DNA of 64,000 nt from Octopus vulgaris (taxonomy: Eukaryota). The stretch covers positions 183,706,001 through 183,770,000 of the forward strand of contig OX597814.1 of the NCBI GenBank assembly GCA_951406725.2, given 5' to 3'. A program made the position numbers and the translations under genes. Below the pieces are notes generated by a model. That model did no database searches. It was not told the origin of the DNA and saw only the letters and a list, made by a program, of their open reading frames with translations. Shown piece by piece: positions 40,512 to 53,256 of this stretch. How positions within the stretch are numbered: position 1 is the first letter of the stretch; each line of letters opens with the position of its first letter.

Positions 40512-40989
40512 GTGAATGAACTCATGTTTATTAATACGGAATTCGTTTATGAAATGAAAGAAAAAAGTAGTATATAGATTAGATATTTTTAGGTTTTGGT
40601 AATTTTCTTACTTGTTTATTAATGTAAATATATATTTTAATTATAAATGCTTCTATAGAAGAATTTAATTACACTTTATTACATAATTTCTTGTGATGAT
40701 TTTAGTTTGTTTTTTTTACATTGGATTCCAGCAAATATTTGATGAGTAATTTCACCTCTTCATCCACTCTCTATTTATCGTTTTATCTCTTCTTACATTT
40801 AAGTATTTTTTGTTGTTTTTCATCATTCATTAACTCATTCATTAACCATCTATTTTCTGTATTTTCTCTATCAAATTCGTTCATTTCTCTCTATCTCTCA
40901 TTCATCAATACCTCCTTTGATTTGTCTCTTTTTTAGTCTCTACATCTTTTCATAATCGATATAAAATAGCAAATTGAATCTTACCTAGC

Positions 40990-41290
40990 TTTCTGTGACT
41001 TCTTGTCCCACAATATGCAAATGATACATCAAATTTTCTTACAAATCCTCATGTCTCTCGAACTTTCTGATGCCCGATTCCCTACATCTCTCTCCCTCTC
41101 TCAGTTGACCATTCTCTGTCTCATCTTACAAAGGCGTTCTTCAGCAGTTAAAAGGCTTGTCAGAAGACCATTTCCAACCCAGAGGTCAGTTAAATGTACG
41201 GATCATTTTTTGAGTATGAATTCCACAGATGGTTTGCATTACAGCACATGTTCCCAGTCTAAAGATAAACTAGATGTACATCTGTAAATA
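40990..41290 (+). mobile_element. Possible decayed Penelope-like RT fragment
   Basis: Fragments QYANDTSNFL and SAVKRLVRRPFPT...HFLSMNSTDGLHYS resemble PLE RT (SYI.DT..FL; AV..FL.RRP..PT..L.L.VL.MNSF.F.G..Y.Q). Confidence 0.4.
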
Positions 41291-42041
41291 TCAAATTTTG
41301 AGAATCAACTCTACCGAATGCTTTGACATACAACAAACATCAACTGCTTTTGTATGAAATATGCATCTTTCCATATTACCCACTCTCTATAGAGTTCTGA
41401 TAGAACAAATCAGCATAAGATAGAAGAATTTGCGAAAACAATAGGCATAATATGAGAATTAATGTATATATAAAGAAAATGGTCATTAGCTTTCATGTGG
41501 CTAACAAAAATAATATGCCTTGCTTTATGGTTATTTTCACATATGAGCCATATATTTGCCTTCTTTCAAAGGACTTCACGGAAAGGACCCTCAATAAAGT
41601 ATTATCAAACGTTTTATTTTAGAAAACCAAATTTTCTCGAGTTCTATTCAATATTATACTATTATTTTGTTCTAGCCGTCAGCATACCCGAGTAGTTAGA
41701 TGGGCAGATTCCAAAGCGTTTCACTACGATTCATTTCTAATTGAATGATAAAATAGCAATTGCCTTCCCAGCCTCTCTGTGGAACTATACAAAAGACACC
41801 CTCGCCCCCATCCCCCCCAAAACAACAAAAACTTCAAAGAAACATATTCGAATATATACTAGTGAGTAAAATGCCTAGCGATTTGAATAATATAGAGTCT
41901 TGCTTAAACCAAGCAACAGAAGTGAGATGTAATAAATGCAGACATGAATACGCTTTACAAAACCTAAAGCTACTTATTTACAATTTATGTTTTGAAGTTA
42001 TATATATATAGAGAAGGGAAGTAGCCTATCAGGTTAAAAGT

Positions 42042-42439
42042 TTTTACTCTTTTTACTTGTTTCAATCATTTTACTGTGGCCATGCTGGAGCACTGCCTTT
42101 AGTCGAGCAAATCGACCCCAGGACTCATTCCTTGTAAGCCTACTACTTATTCTATCGGACTTTTTTACCGAACCGCTAAATTACGGCGACGTAAACACAC
42201 TAGCATCGGTTGTCAAGCGGTGTTGGGGGGACAAACAGAGAGACACAAACATATACACACACATATATATATACATATATACAACGGGCTTCTTTCAGTT
42301 TCCGTTTACCAAATCCACTCACAAGGCTTTGGTCGACCCGAGGCTATAGTAGAAGACATTTGCCCAAGGTGCCACACAGTGGGACTGAACACGGAAACAT
42401 GTGGTTGGTGAACAAGCTACTTACCACACAGCCACTCCT
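42042..42439 (-). mobile_element. SINE family A
   Basis: Full-length reverse copy. Confidence 0.9.
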
Positions 42440-43089
42440 TATAACTGAGCATAACAACAAACTTTAGCAATATCTATCTATCTATCTGACTGTCTGTATG
42501 CCTGTCTACCTATCTGCCTGTCTGTCTGTCTATCTACCTATCTATCTATCTATATACATACACATATGTATGTAAGTATTTATACACATGCGCGCACAAA
42601 TACATACATATATACATATATCTATGTGAGTGGGTGTGTGGGTGTGCTGTGTGATATAACTTGGAAATAGACTAACAAATATTCTAAGAAAGCAATTTAA
42701 CTCGCATCTATTTAATACTATAAACATAAAAGAATATAAATAAATCATAACATTCTTGGTCATAAGAAAAGATTAGTTATGCAAAAGCTTCTGAGGCCAT
42801 TTCAGAAAAGACACTTCTTATCAATGGATTATTTTAAGCTGTTTTATATGCTAGTTGATGAAAGAAACTTTATAAAAGCGATATTTCTCTTTTATAAGAT
42901 AAATCAAGAAATACAGCGATTATACATTTAGTAATTCCTATGAATTTTCAGAAATTTCCTCTTATGAATCGTTATTTTTTTTTAATAAACGAAGCACATA
43001 TCTCATTCGGCTAAAGAGGCGAATTTCAACTGGACGCGTCATGTCATGAATACTGCAATACAGGAGCAAATGTATGAAACGGGAGAGAG

Positions 43090-44250
43090 CAAAACACTCT
43101 TTTACTCTTTTATTTGTTTCAGTCATTTGACTGTGGCCATGCTGGAGCACCGCCTTTAGTCGAGTAAATCGACCCCAGGACTTATTCTTTGTAAGCCTAG
43201 TACTTATTCTATCGGTATCTATTGCCGAACCACTAAGTTACGAGGACGTAAGCACACTAGCATCGGTTGTCAAAACACTCTTTTACTCTTTTATTTGTTT
43301 CAGTCATTTGACTGTGGCCATGCTGGAGCACCGCCTTTAGTCGAGTAAATCGACCCCAGGACTTATTCTTTGTAAGCCTAGTACTTATTCTATCGGTATC
43401 TATTGCCGAACCACTAAGTTACGAGGACGTAAGCACACTAGCATCGGTTGTCAAAACACTCTTTTTTTCTCTTTTATTTGTTTCAGTCATTTGACTGTGG
43501 CCATGCTGGAGCACCGCCTTTAGTCGAGTAAATCGACCCCAGGACTTATTCTTTGTAAGCCTAGTACTTATTCTATCGGTATCTATTGCCGAACCACTAA
43601 GTTACGGGGACGTAAGCACACTAGCATCGGTTGTCAAAACACTCTTTTACTCTTTTATTTGTTTCAGTCATTTGACTGTGGCCATGCTGGAGCACCGCCT
43701 TTAGTCGAGTAAATCGACCCCAGGACTTATTCTTTGTAAGCCTAGTACTTATTCAATCGGTATCTATTGCCGAACCACTAAGTTACGAGGACGTAAGCAC
43801 ACTAGCATCGGTTGTCAAAACACTCTTTTTTCTCTTTTATTTGTTTCAGTCATTTGACTGTGGCCATGCTGGAGCACCGCCTTTAGTCGAGTAAATCGAC
43901 CCCAGGACTTATTCTTTGTAAGCCTAGTACTTATTCTATCGGTGTCTATTGCCGAACCTCTAAGTTACGGGGACGTAAGCACACTAGCATCGGTTGTCAA
44001 TCGATGTTGGGGGGACAATCACAGACACACAAACGTATAAACACACACACACACACACACACACATACATATATATATATACATATATACGATGGGCTTC
44101 CTTCAGTTTCCGTCTACCAAATCTACTCACAAGGCTTTGGTCGACCCGAGGCTATAGTAGAAGACACTTGCCCAAGGTGCCACGCAGTGGGACTGAACCT
44201 GAAACCATGTGGTGGTAAACAAGCTACTTACCAAACAGCCACTCCTACGC
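43090..44250 (-). repeat. SINE family A whose 3' half is tandemly amplified (5 x ~181 bp)
   Basis: Units start at 43090, 43271, 43452, 43635 and 43816; the last continues into the SINE 5' half to about 44250. Confidence 0.95.
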
Positions 44251-45662
44251 TTATATACGTGCTATGAAGACAAAACTATTGTGGTTATTTCCAGCTACAT
44301 TAGTTTGGTTATATAACCTTATTATTATAATATCATATTAAAGCAGAAATTATTTTTCTGTAGAAGGGAATGTATACCCACTCTCCAGTTGATACGCAAA
44401 ATTTTTAAGCACCGCTATAGTATATATGTGTAAATGTTATTTAGAAAATTTAGTTATGCACAACACAAACGAGGAACATGGTTATCAGCAACTCATCGGT
44501 GTAGGTCATACTGTATAATCTAAATCTCATTAAGTCTGTCGTGAACTGCTGCGCCATCTTCATTGAGATTAGTCTCATTACAATCGCCACGACACAACGG
44601 CTATAGCTTCCGTCACATCTCCACCCTAATAATGTAATAGTGACTTAATATTAGAAGGCTTTTCTATAGCTCCCCCAATTTGTTTGTTCAGGAAAAAGGG
44701 GCCATTAGAATGAAATATGTTACCATTAGCTGCAGTAGAAAGGAGATTAAAAAAATGAATATCTGATAACAGGGAAGAGGGACAGAAATCGAAATAAGTA
44801 GATGAAAAATAGTGAGAGTATGGCGAGGGTGACGGATGGAGTAGGGGAGGAAAAAAGGACAGAGAAAGGGAAAACAAGAATGGTTGTTGAGTCATCTAGG
44901 AAAGAGGAGGAAGAAGGAAAGGAAGCAAATAGAGTAAAAGACCATTTCAAACCCCAGAAGTGAGTAAAGGATCTTGATAGTGATAAATCTCATTGTAATG
45001 TGACTGGATTAGTTATGGGGACAATCGGTCTGAATTCAGTCTCGACAAGCAAACCTTTCAATCCTCAAATATCGAAGGTTAATGTGAATCTTGAACCCTT
45101 TAAATAACAAGGAAGGAATGTAGAATTATAAAATGATAAATAACGGAAAAGAGAAACAATCCTACGAAAAAAAAAAAAAAGGATTTAATATTTTCAATAC
45201 TTTGCAAAGCTACTTGCGATGGGTAAATATTGTCATTTTATCTCTAGATCTCTTTATAGTTAAGCTATTTCATTAATGTGGACAGAATATTTCTGAACCA
45301 TCTCAGAATATGAGATACGCGCTTAGCGTGTCCCGCGGGATCGTTTCTAACACAGTCGTTTCCCTTAAATGATGTTGCATTCATGAAATGAACGACTACC
45401 ACACAACCTAAATTTCATCCCACTTCGAAATCTGTTATTACCCAGAATTAAGAAATCTATATGTACAAAGTGTAACCTATAATCCACAGTGTGTTCAATC
45501 GAAAGGTGTTTTCCTATTAATGTTAAAATAGAATGATGTACAGTGGATTAGTAGAACTGGTAAATCATCTGATTTTTTTTGAGTCCTATGTTTAAATCCT
45601 GCCGAAAACGACGTTACGTTACATCATTCCGGGGTCTATCAAATAACTGCCAGAGAAATATT

Positions 45663-45880
45663 CTTTTCTATTCTAGGCACAAGGCCCGAAACTTGGGGTG
45701 GGGAGGAGGCGAGTCGATTAGATCGAACCCAGTACGTAACTGGTACTTAATTAATCGACTCCTGAAAGGATGAAAGGCAAAGTCGACCTGGGCGGAATTT
45801 GAACTCAGAACGTAACGACAGACGAAATACCGCTAAGTATTTCGCCCGGCGTGCTAACGATTCTGCCACCTCGCCGCCTT
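45663..45880 (-). mobile_element. SINE family D with 16-bp TSD, nested in an older family D copy
   Basis: TSD ctgccagagaaatatt at 45647-45662 / 45881-45896. Confidence 0.9.
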
Positions 45881-47157
45881 CTGCCAGAGAAATATTGCGA
45901 TGGGTGCTTGGCCTTGAAACTATGTTTAGACTAATAGCATTGTCTTAGTTACTAGAATTTCTGACTTACTACTAATAATAACTGGCCAAAACAGGAGACA
46001 CCACCGATAGACGTATGGTGAAACTTCACAAAATCAGCATCACCCTACTCACTAGGACAAGTGCCTTCTTCCTATCTTTCATTTTCAATCTACAGGCGCA
46101 TAATTAGAGCAAACTCGTCCACTCAAACCATCTTTTCCACTCTCATTCAACATTTAACTATTTTGCTATATGTACAATCTATCATCTAAACATATTTTTG
46201 AATGTTACCTGTGTACTTAGCATTTACTCCGACTGTTTTCGCAAATGTGACGACAAGCCAAGTTGGTGCCGACATCTCTAGTGTTTTTGCGACCCGTGCA
46301 CTGTAATGCAAGATTGTGGAAAGTCTTGTAGCATGCTCGTTCTACCTGTTCCTAATCTTAATTTTTCAGTCTCGCAGGTCAAACACATGTTCCTCATTGA
46401 TATGCTCCGCCCGGTGTTTACATACTGTCATATTTCAACCAGGGCTTCTTTTTACTTTTCTTCTGAGAACATATGGAAGATTCTTTCCTCTTGCTATCGC
46501 CTTGATAATGTTTATCCGCTGAGAAGCAACACTGTTTTTTGTAACGTATATCACCCAAAACTTGTTTACCTTCAACTAGCACAAATCGAATCATTCATTC
46601 TGAATAAAGACGTTAAGAAGTGATAGCATTTGTTAAATTGTTGGTATCATTTTAGCTACTGTTTGTATCTTTTATGTTTTAGTTTAGATTTTGTCAAATT
46701 TATGTTTCACGCTCTGTTATGTTTGTGTCTTTTATTGTGCAAATGTAAGTGTTTAAGCTCGGAACTACTTTATATTTTATATTAATTTATTTGATTTTTT
46801 TAGCTTTTGAAAACAATTTTGAGACGCGTTCGTTTACTTCAATGTCTGATGCTTTCAATTCTTTTTATCCATCGTTCTGAAATCTAGAGAAATTATAATA
46901 ATTGATTATTACTCTATGGCTTATTTCCAAACAGAAGTCAAGATTCTCAGGAAAGCTGTGTGTAGATAAATGCCGAAATGTTTTTCTTTCTTCTCGTTCA
47001 TACCAATAAGTCTTCGCTCCCCATTTATTTAGGCGAACGTTGGCTCGTTTGCCGAAGTCGCTCTAGTCCGTGCCCCAGCATTTAAAACGTATATCAGAAT
47101 GTTGGTTATTAATCTGTACTTAAGTTATTTTTCTTTCCGTTGTATACCTATATAAAG

Positions 47158-47462
47158 GTGGAGGCATATGGCCTAGTAGTTAGAGCAGCGGACTAGCGAT
47201 CGAGTGATCGCGGGTTCGAATCGTAGACCGGGCGATGTGTGTGTTTATGAGCGAAACACCTTAGCTCCACGCGGCTCCGGCAGAAGGTAATGGCGAACTT
47301 CTGCTGACTCTTTCGCCACAACTTTCTCTCACTCTTTCTTCCTGCATCTTGCAGCTCACCTGCGACGGACCGACGTCCCGTCCAGGTGGGGAATATATAC
47401 GCCAAGGAAACCGGGAAACCGGCCCTTATGAGCCAAGCGTGGCTCGTGAAGGAACAAACAAG
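47158..47462 (+). mobile_element. SINE family B with TSD
   Basis: TSD cctatataaag at 47147-47157 / 47463-47473. Confidence 0.9.
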
Positions 47463-48119
47463 CCTATATAAAGAGGCCAAGAATTCACTGAAAAAGATGA
47501 AAACAGACTGTGTTTATCACTCATTCACTTCACCATTTTCGATGTTGCCTTCATTCTTGCCATTATATAGAGAAAACTATATCCCTTTAGTTTAGATGAA
47601 ATATTAAACTTTCTACTCATAGATCGGGAGTTTGAGAACAGGAAACTTAATCTACACGTAGCCCATTTTGCATAGCTCCGTATAATTGATGCCGAGCTTT
47701 CTCCTGGCAAATTGATCCATGATGGATTATTTCTAACTCGTTCCACACTAAGGAACCCGAAGATGAAAACATAAAACTTGTTCTTAAAAATCTGTGATTT
47801 GTTAAGGGTTTGAGAAACTGATATCGTCGTTGAGAGATACTGCGAGATAATTTCGTTCTCTTAAATTTCGTGATTATAAAAGTATTACTGCTGCTTTTGC
47901 AACTAATTACTACACATTTGAGGAGTTTCTTAAAATATCTCCGAAGTTTTAAAAAAATATACATTTGTGATAAATCAAAGAATCACTTTAAACACTTGTG
48001 GAAACATTTCCGAACTGCTGGCAAGAAAAAAAATTGACCACCCTAAAAAGAAATACATGAAAATAAGGTTGCAACACAACCCCGCCCAAGAAAAAATCAG
48101 AACTTCTGTACATGGTGTC

Positions 48120-48455
48120 AGAGAGAAAGAGACAGAATGACAGAAAGAGACAGAAGGAGAGAAAGAGACAGAAGGAGAGAGAGACAGGAAGAGAGAGCGA
48201 TAGACGATGGAAGGAGAGAAACATAGAGAGAGGGAAAGAGAGAGAAAGAAAGAGAAAGAAAGAAAGAGTGACTGAGAGTTAAAGGAGGAGAGTTGAAGAG
48301 AAAAGAGAAAGAAAGGGAGAGAAAGGAGGAGAGAGAGAAAGAAAGAAAGAAAGAAAGAACGAAAGGGAAAGAAAGAGAGATAGAGATGCAGAAAGAGAGG
48401 GAGAGACAGAGAGAGAGGATACTCACGGTAATAACCGAAACATGAATATGTATAG

Positions 48456-48489
<34 letters not shown>

Positions 48490-48594
48490 GTTTAGTTTTG
48501 CTTCCGTATTTTGACAGAGAAATGTAACATTTGATGTGTGTGTGTGTGTTCTTTTAGTGAGGGAAAGAGAGAGAGAGAAAGAGAAATAAAGAGA

Positions 48595-48625
<31 letters not shown>

Positions 48626-48680
48626 TAGATACAGAGAAAGGGAGAAAGGAAGAGAAGAAAACATGGACAGATAGAGAAGA
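48120..48680. repeat. Purine-rich (GA/GAAA) low-complexity tracts with (GT)n
   Basis: Direct reading. Confidence 0.9.
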
Positions 48681-48893
48681 AAGAAAATCATAGATGGTGT
48701 CCGGGTTTAGTTTCACTTTGCGGGACAAAGGGACGGAATCTCTTTGAAGTAGCATGACAGAGAGCCAGATAGGCAGACAGACAGAGAATATAGATTGGGA
48801 GAGAGGATAGAGGAGACATAGAAAGAATGTCATAGAGAGGTGGTATCTGGTTTTAGTTTCAGTTTGTGAGACAAACAGACAAACAGACAGAGC

Positions 48894-49340
48894 TGTACAT
48901 CATTTGTACGATGTGGAGAATATACCGCCAACATTGCCCAAACGACCTGAATATTAGTTTCAAGGTTCATCCAAGACTGGGACCACGGGCCATACGTCCC
49001 CTGCCCAATTCAAGATCACAGCATATAGGTACACTGCAACATAATTTATTTTCCTCAACAGGCCCTGCCCTGATTAACATTGGGCCGAAAGAGATCAAAG
49101 AGGAAAAGGATCCCATCATCTTTAAACGGAGACTGGACAGATTCCTTCAAGGAATACCGGATAAGCCGCCCATACCTGGATACAACTCACTCAGTAAGAA
49201 CTCACTACTTGAATGGACCATAAACAAAACTTTAAAAGGATTAAACAGGATTTAGATAATCCTATGAGGTGGTGTTATTAAGTTAGACATGGCCTGCACC
49301 AATCTTTGGTCGAAACATATCTAAGTTTATCTAAATTTAT
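48894..49340 (+). mobile_element. 3' end of a CR1-group LINE (ORF2 C-terminus plus UTR)
   Basis: IICTMWRIY...PN....RLGPRA....TLQHNLFSSTGPALIN.GPKEI....FKRRLDRFLQGIPDKP..PGY...NSLLEW, the typical CR1-group C-terminus. Confidence 0.8.
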
Positions 49341-49726
49341 ATATATATATATATATATATATATCCAAGTTAATGCAGCATATACTTATAACTCGAGACG
49401 GAGAAAGCGGAACTTTTGACACTTAGTAGTAGCGCCCAATTTTATGATTTTCAATGTTTTCGGTGCTAAGGTTTCGTTGCATTCTTTTCAAGTCCTTTCA
49501 GGCATTAGTTACTTTAATTTAAATCGAATGGCGCAAATATTTGTATTCACGTCAGATAGAAGTGAACCTTATTCTCTATTATGTTAATAACGTTTACCTT
49601 GAAGTTTAATGAACGAATTACTGAACTTATAGGAATATTCATATTACCCAAAAGAATATTAACTAGGTTAAATATTGATTTACTTTGTAAATACGCACAA
49701 AACTTTAGATTCATAACAGAAAAGAA

Positions 49727-50124
49727 GGATCTTTTCGGTTTGAACGGCAGTTTTTTCTAGCGGTGTCATATGAAATTGTCACCCATAATTGCATTTCAAT
49801 CTGTTTTAGGGTTAGGGTTAGGGTTAGGGGTGGGGGGAAGGGTATCTTTTTTTCTTCAGAAATTTAAATAAACCCAATCTGTTTCTTAAACGAGGGACAT
49901 ATTCATACGGCACAGAATGTTTTCACCTCAATAGACGTATTCGATTGATTGTAATTGCAGAAATTGAAGAAAAACAACAAATATCTTACAAACTATAGAA
50001 TTTTCTCAATAAAGCCAAGAGAAAAAAGATGTTTTATAAACACATTCTACCAGTATACGAAGTTTAAATTTTTTTAGTTACCTAGAAATTATGTTAAAAA
50101 CTGCCGTTCAAACCGAAAAGATCC
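49727..50124. mobile_element. MITE with 29-bp TIRs, 8-bp TSD and internal (TTAGGG)4 (Merlin-like or hAT)
   Basis: TIR ggatcttttcggtttgaacggcagttttt is perfect at both ends; TSD gaaaagaa at 49719-49726 / 50125-50132. Confidence 0.85.
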
Positions 50125-51074
50125 GAAAAGAAATTGTATGTTTTCACTTATCCTTAGAACAGTAGTTTTGGAAGTGAAAGGAAATGACTTCAACCAGGAA
50201 GCTAAACCACACCACACCACAAATTCGACTTGCAATTAGAATCTCTACTTTTCTAAGTCAGATGACACGACTGTGTTGTATGTGATCTTTATAGGTTATA
50301 TAAAAATATTAACGTAGAAAAGATAAAACTGTAAATTTATATTTTGATTATTTTAAAAATTCTTGCAAATAAAAGGTTTCCTTCAATACAAGTTAGCCAT
50401 AGTAAATAGCATGCATACTTAAAATTAGTCCCATAAAAGGAGAGAAAATTAACTGCTAAAGTTTTTCAGCATCATATCATTTAAACCAATCATGAATGCT
50501 AGAAAATTTTAAAATGATGTTGATGTGCATTATTACCCTGGACATCTAATTCTTAGGTTGTTTTTCGATTATAAATGTCTCATTATATATAAGCTATATA
50601 TTTATGATTATTAATAACGTCTGCGCAATACTGGAAACATAGCTAGCTTTCAATAAATTAATGTCTTTTTGTATTATTCACTAATGGTTTCTATAAATGT
50701 CTACAGTTAGAGCTGGTTTCTTTTGTTAATTATATTAGTTTTCTTTGGTGAATTTTCTATAGATGTTATTATCAAATCTACTTTGCCTTCTTCATGAAAT
50801 GTGATTATAAAATGTAATTATCTTTTATAGACTAAAACATATGATAAATATTTACTGGTAACAGAAAATTTTCAGATAATATTTTTATGAATTGCATGGT
50901 CTGCTCTGCATAGAAACAGTTCAAGGAATACGGTAGGTTCAAATGTACTGAATTATTAAGCGATTCATCACGCTTTCCTGTTATACTTAACGCATCTGCA
51001 TTTAAGGTAAAAACGCAGGTAAAAATGCAGCTTGATTGTGTCTCTTGTTCTTCTATATTATTACAAAAGAATAT

Positions 51075-51385
51075 CACGTGATCACGTGACCGACCAAGCT
51101 ATCAAATGTTGCTACACATCGCTGGTCACAACGCGCTTCGCATTGTTTTATCCCTCGAATGACGCTACTCCGCTGGCTAAGGGAGCAGTTCAACAGAAGA
51201 AAGAGTGAGAGAAGGTTGTGGCGAAAGGGAACAGCAGGGATCGCCACCACCCCCTGCCGGAGAATCGTGGAGCTTTTAGGTATTTTCGTTCAATAAACAC
51301 TCACAACGCCCGGTCTGGAAATCCAAACCGCGATCCTACGACTGCGAGTCCGCTGCCCCAACCACTGGGTCATTGTGCCTCCACA
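51075..51385 (-). mobile_element. SINE family B (variant tail)
   Basis: Minus-strand head gtggaggcacaatgacccagtggttggggcagcggactcgcag. Confidence 0.9.
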
Positions 51386-51612
51386 CAAAGCAATATATGT
51401 ATGTATATATGTATGTGTGTGTGTATGTAAGTTACCTCCCATGATCTGTGTATTCATTTCGAACACTCTTTCAGTGTCGTATTTTTCTTGTATTCTCATC
51501 CAGAATTGAAGCGAGTGCCAACGCTACCATGTGGAACACTTGATCGAATGTGAAGATCTCATTAATTGCCTTATTAATCCACAAATAATGAATATTCATC
51601 CACCAAAACGGT

Positions 51613-51978
<366 letters not shown>

Positions 51979-52329
51979 CATATATATCGATGTTCATTAT
52001 GTTTTCTTGAAAAGCTATATCTCTTAAAGAAATCGGGTGCATTTTAAGAAATACATCTTATCGTAATTCTAAAATTAGAGCACTAGAAACATCGTAAACC
52101 ATTAATATCTTGTTTACATCTTTTTGATAGTTTCTTTATTGCAACGTTGGTTAGCTCTCTGGTGTTTTCATTTCCGTCTTCTTCCTTATGAGCGTTCCTT
52201 GGTCAAACATCATCTACTTGAAACGCAAATGACAAATGGTATTGTTCTGAGCTTGAAAAATGGCGAAATAGATTAATGGAAAACCTGCGTAGCTGTATTT
52301 CACAAGAATTGTGGTTTTCATTACATTAT

Positions 52330-52737
52330 ACTCTTTACTCTTTTACTTCTTTCAGTCATTTGACTGTGGCCATGGTGGAGCACCGCTTTTAGTTGAGCAA
52401 ATCGACCCCATGACTTATTCTTTGTGAGCCTAGTACTTATTCTTTTTGCCGAACCACTAAGTTACGGGGACGTAAACACACCAGCGTTGGTTGTCAAGCG
52501 ATGTTGGGGGACAAACACAGACACACAAACACATACACACACACATACACATATATATATATACATATACACGACGGGCTTCTTTCAGTTTCCGTCTACC
52601 AAATCCACTCACAAGGCTTTGATCGGCCCGAGGCTATAGTAAAAGACACTTGCCCAAGGTGCCACGCCGTGGGATTGAAACCCCGGAACCATGTGGTTCG
52701 TCAGCAAGCTACTTATCACAGAGCCACTCCTACGCCT
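52330..52737 (-). mobile_element. SINE family A
   Basis: Reverse near-full-length copy. Confidence 0.9.
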
Positions 52738-53180
52738 ATCCCTACTATCTTAGCTGATTGAGTGCTATTCTAGTTGAAGCTTTACCAAATTATGGGAATT
52801 ACAAATGTGTAAATTTTCTAAACCTAATCACGTGATCATCTTCTGCCAATCAAATTGTATCTTAAATAGATACTAATTTGGTGCCTGTTCTCTCCATAAA
52901 AACAAGAGAATTTTCGAATTCTACTCAGAGGCAAGAAAGTTATGGCATAATCCCTTGTCTTTCTATCCCACTTAAACTTTTTAAAATCAGAAAAAGTATC
53001 TAAAAGTCACCCAGTGCATTTTCAACATTTTATACTATATACTTATTTTACTTATGTTTTATTTGTCAGATCAAATTTTCTCAAAGGAAATGAATTGACT
53101 AAGCATATGGTTGATTTGAAACCATTTAATGGCCATTAAAATACCCGTGTAAAATAAAACAACTTTCTACATCCCCAGCC

Positions 53181-53256
<76 letters not shown>

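Noticed and set aside
43090-44000. CRISPR-like or ncRNA array
   Set aside because: Units are contiguous near-identical 181-bp SINE fragments with no unique spacers; eukaryotic context.
46200-46620. 105-aa ORF / possible hAT TTF-zinc-finger remnant on the minus strand
   Set aside because: Only a short PWLKY-like fragment; insufficient to call.
49806-49829. True telomere or chromosome fusion site
   Set aside because: Only four repeats, single orientation, located inside a TIR/TSD-bounded MITE.
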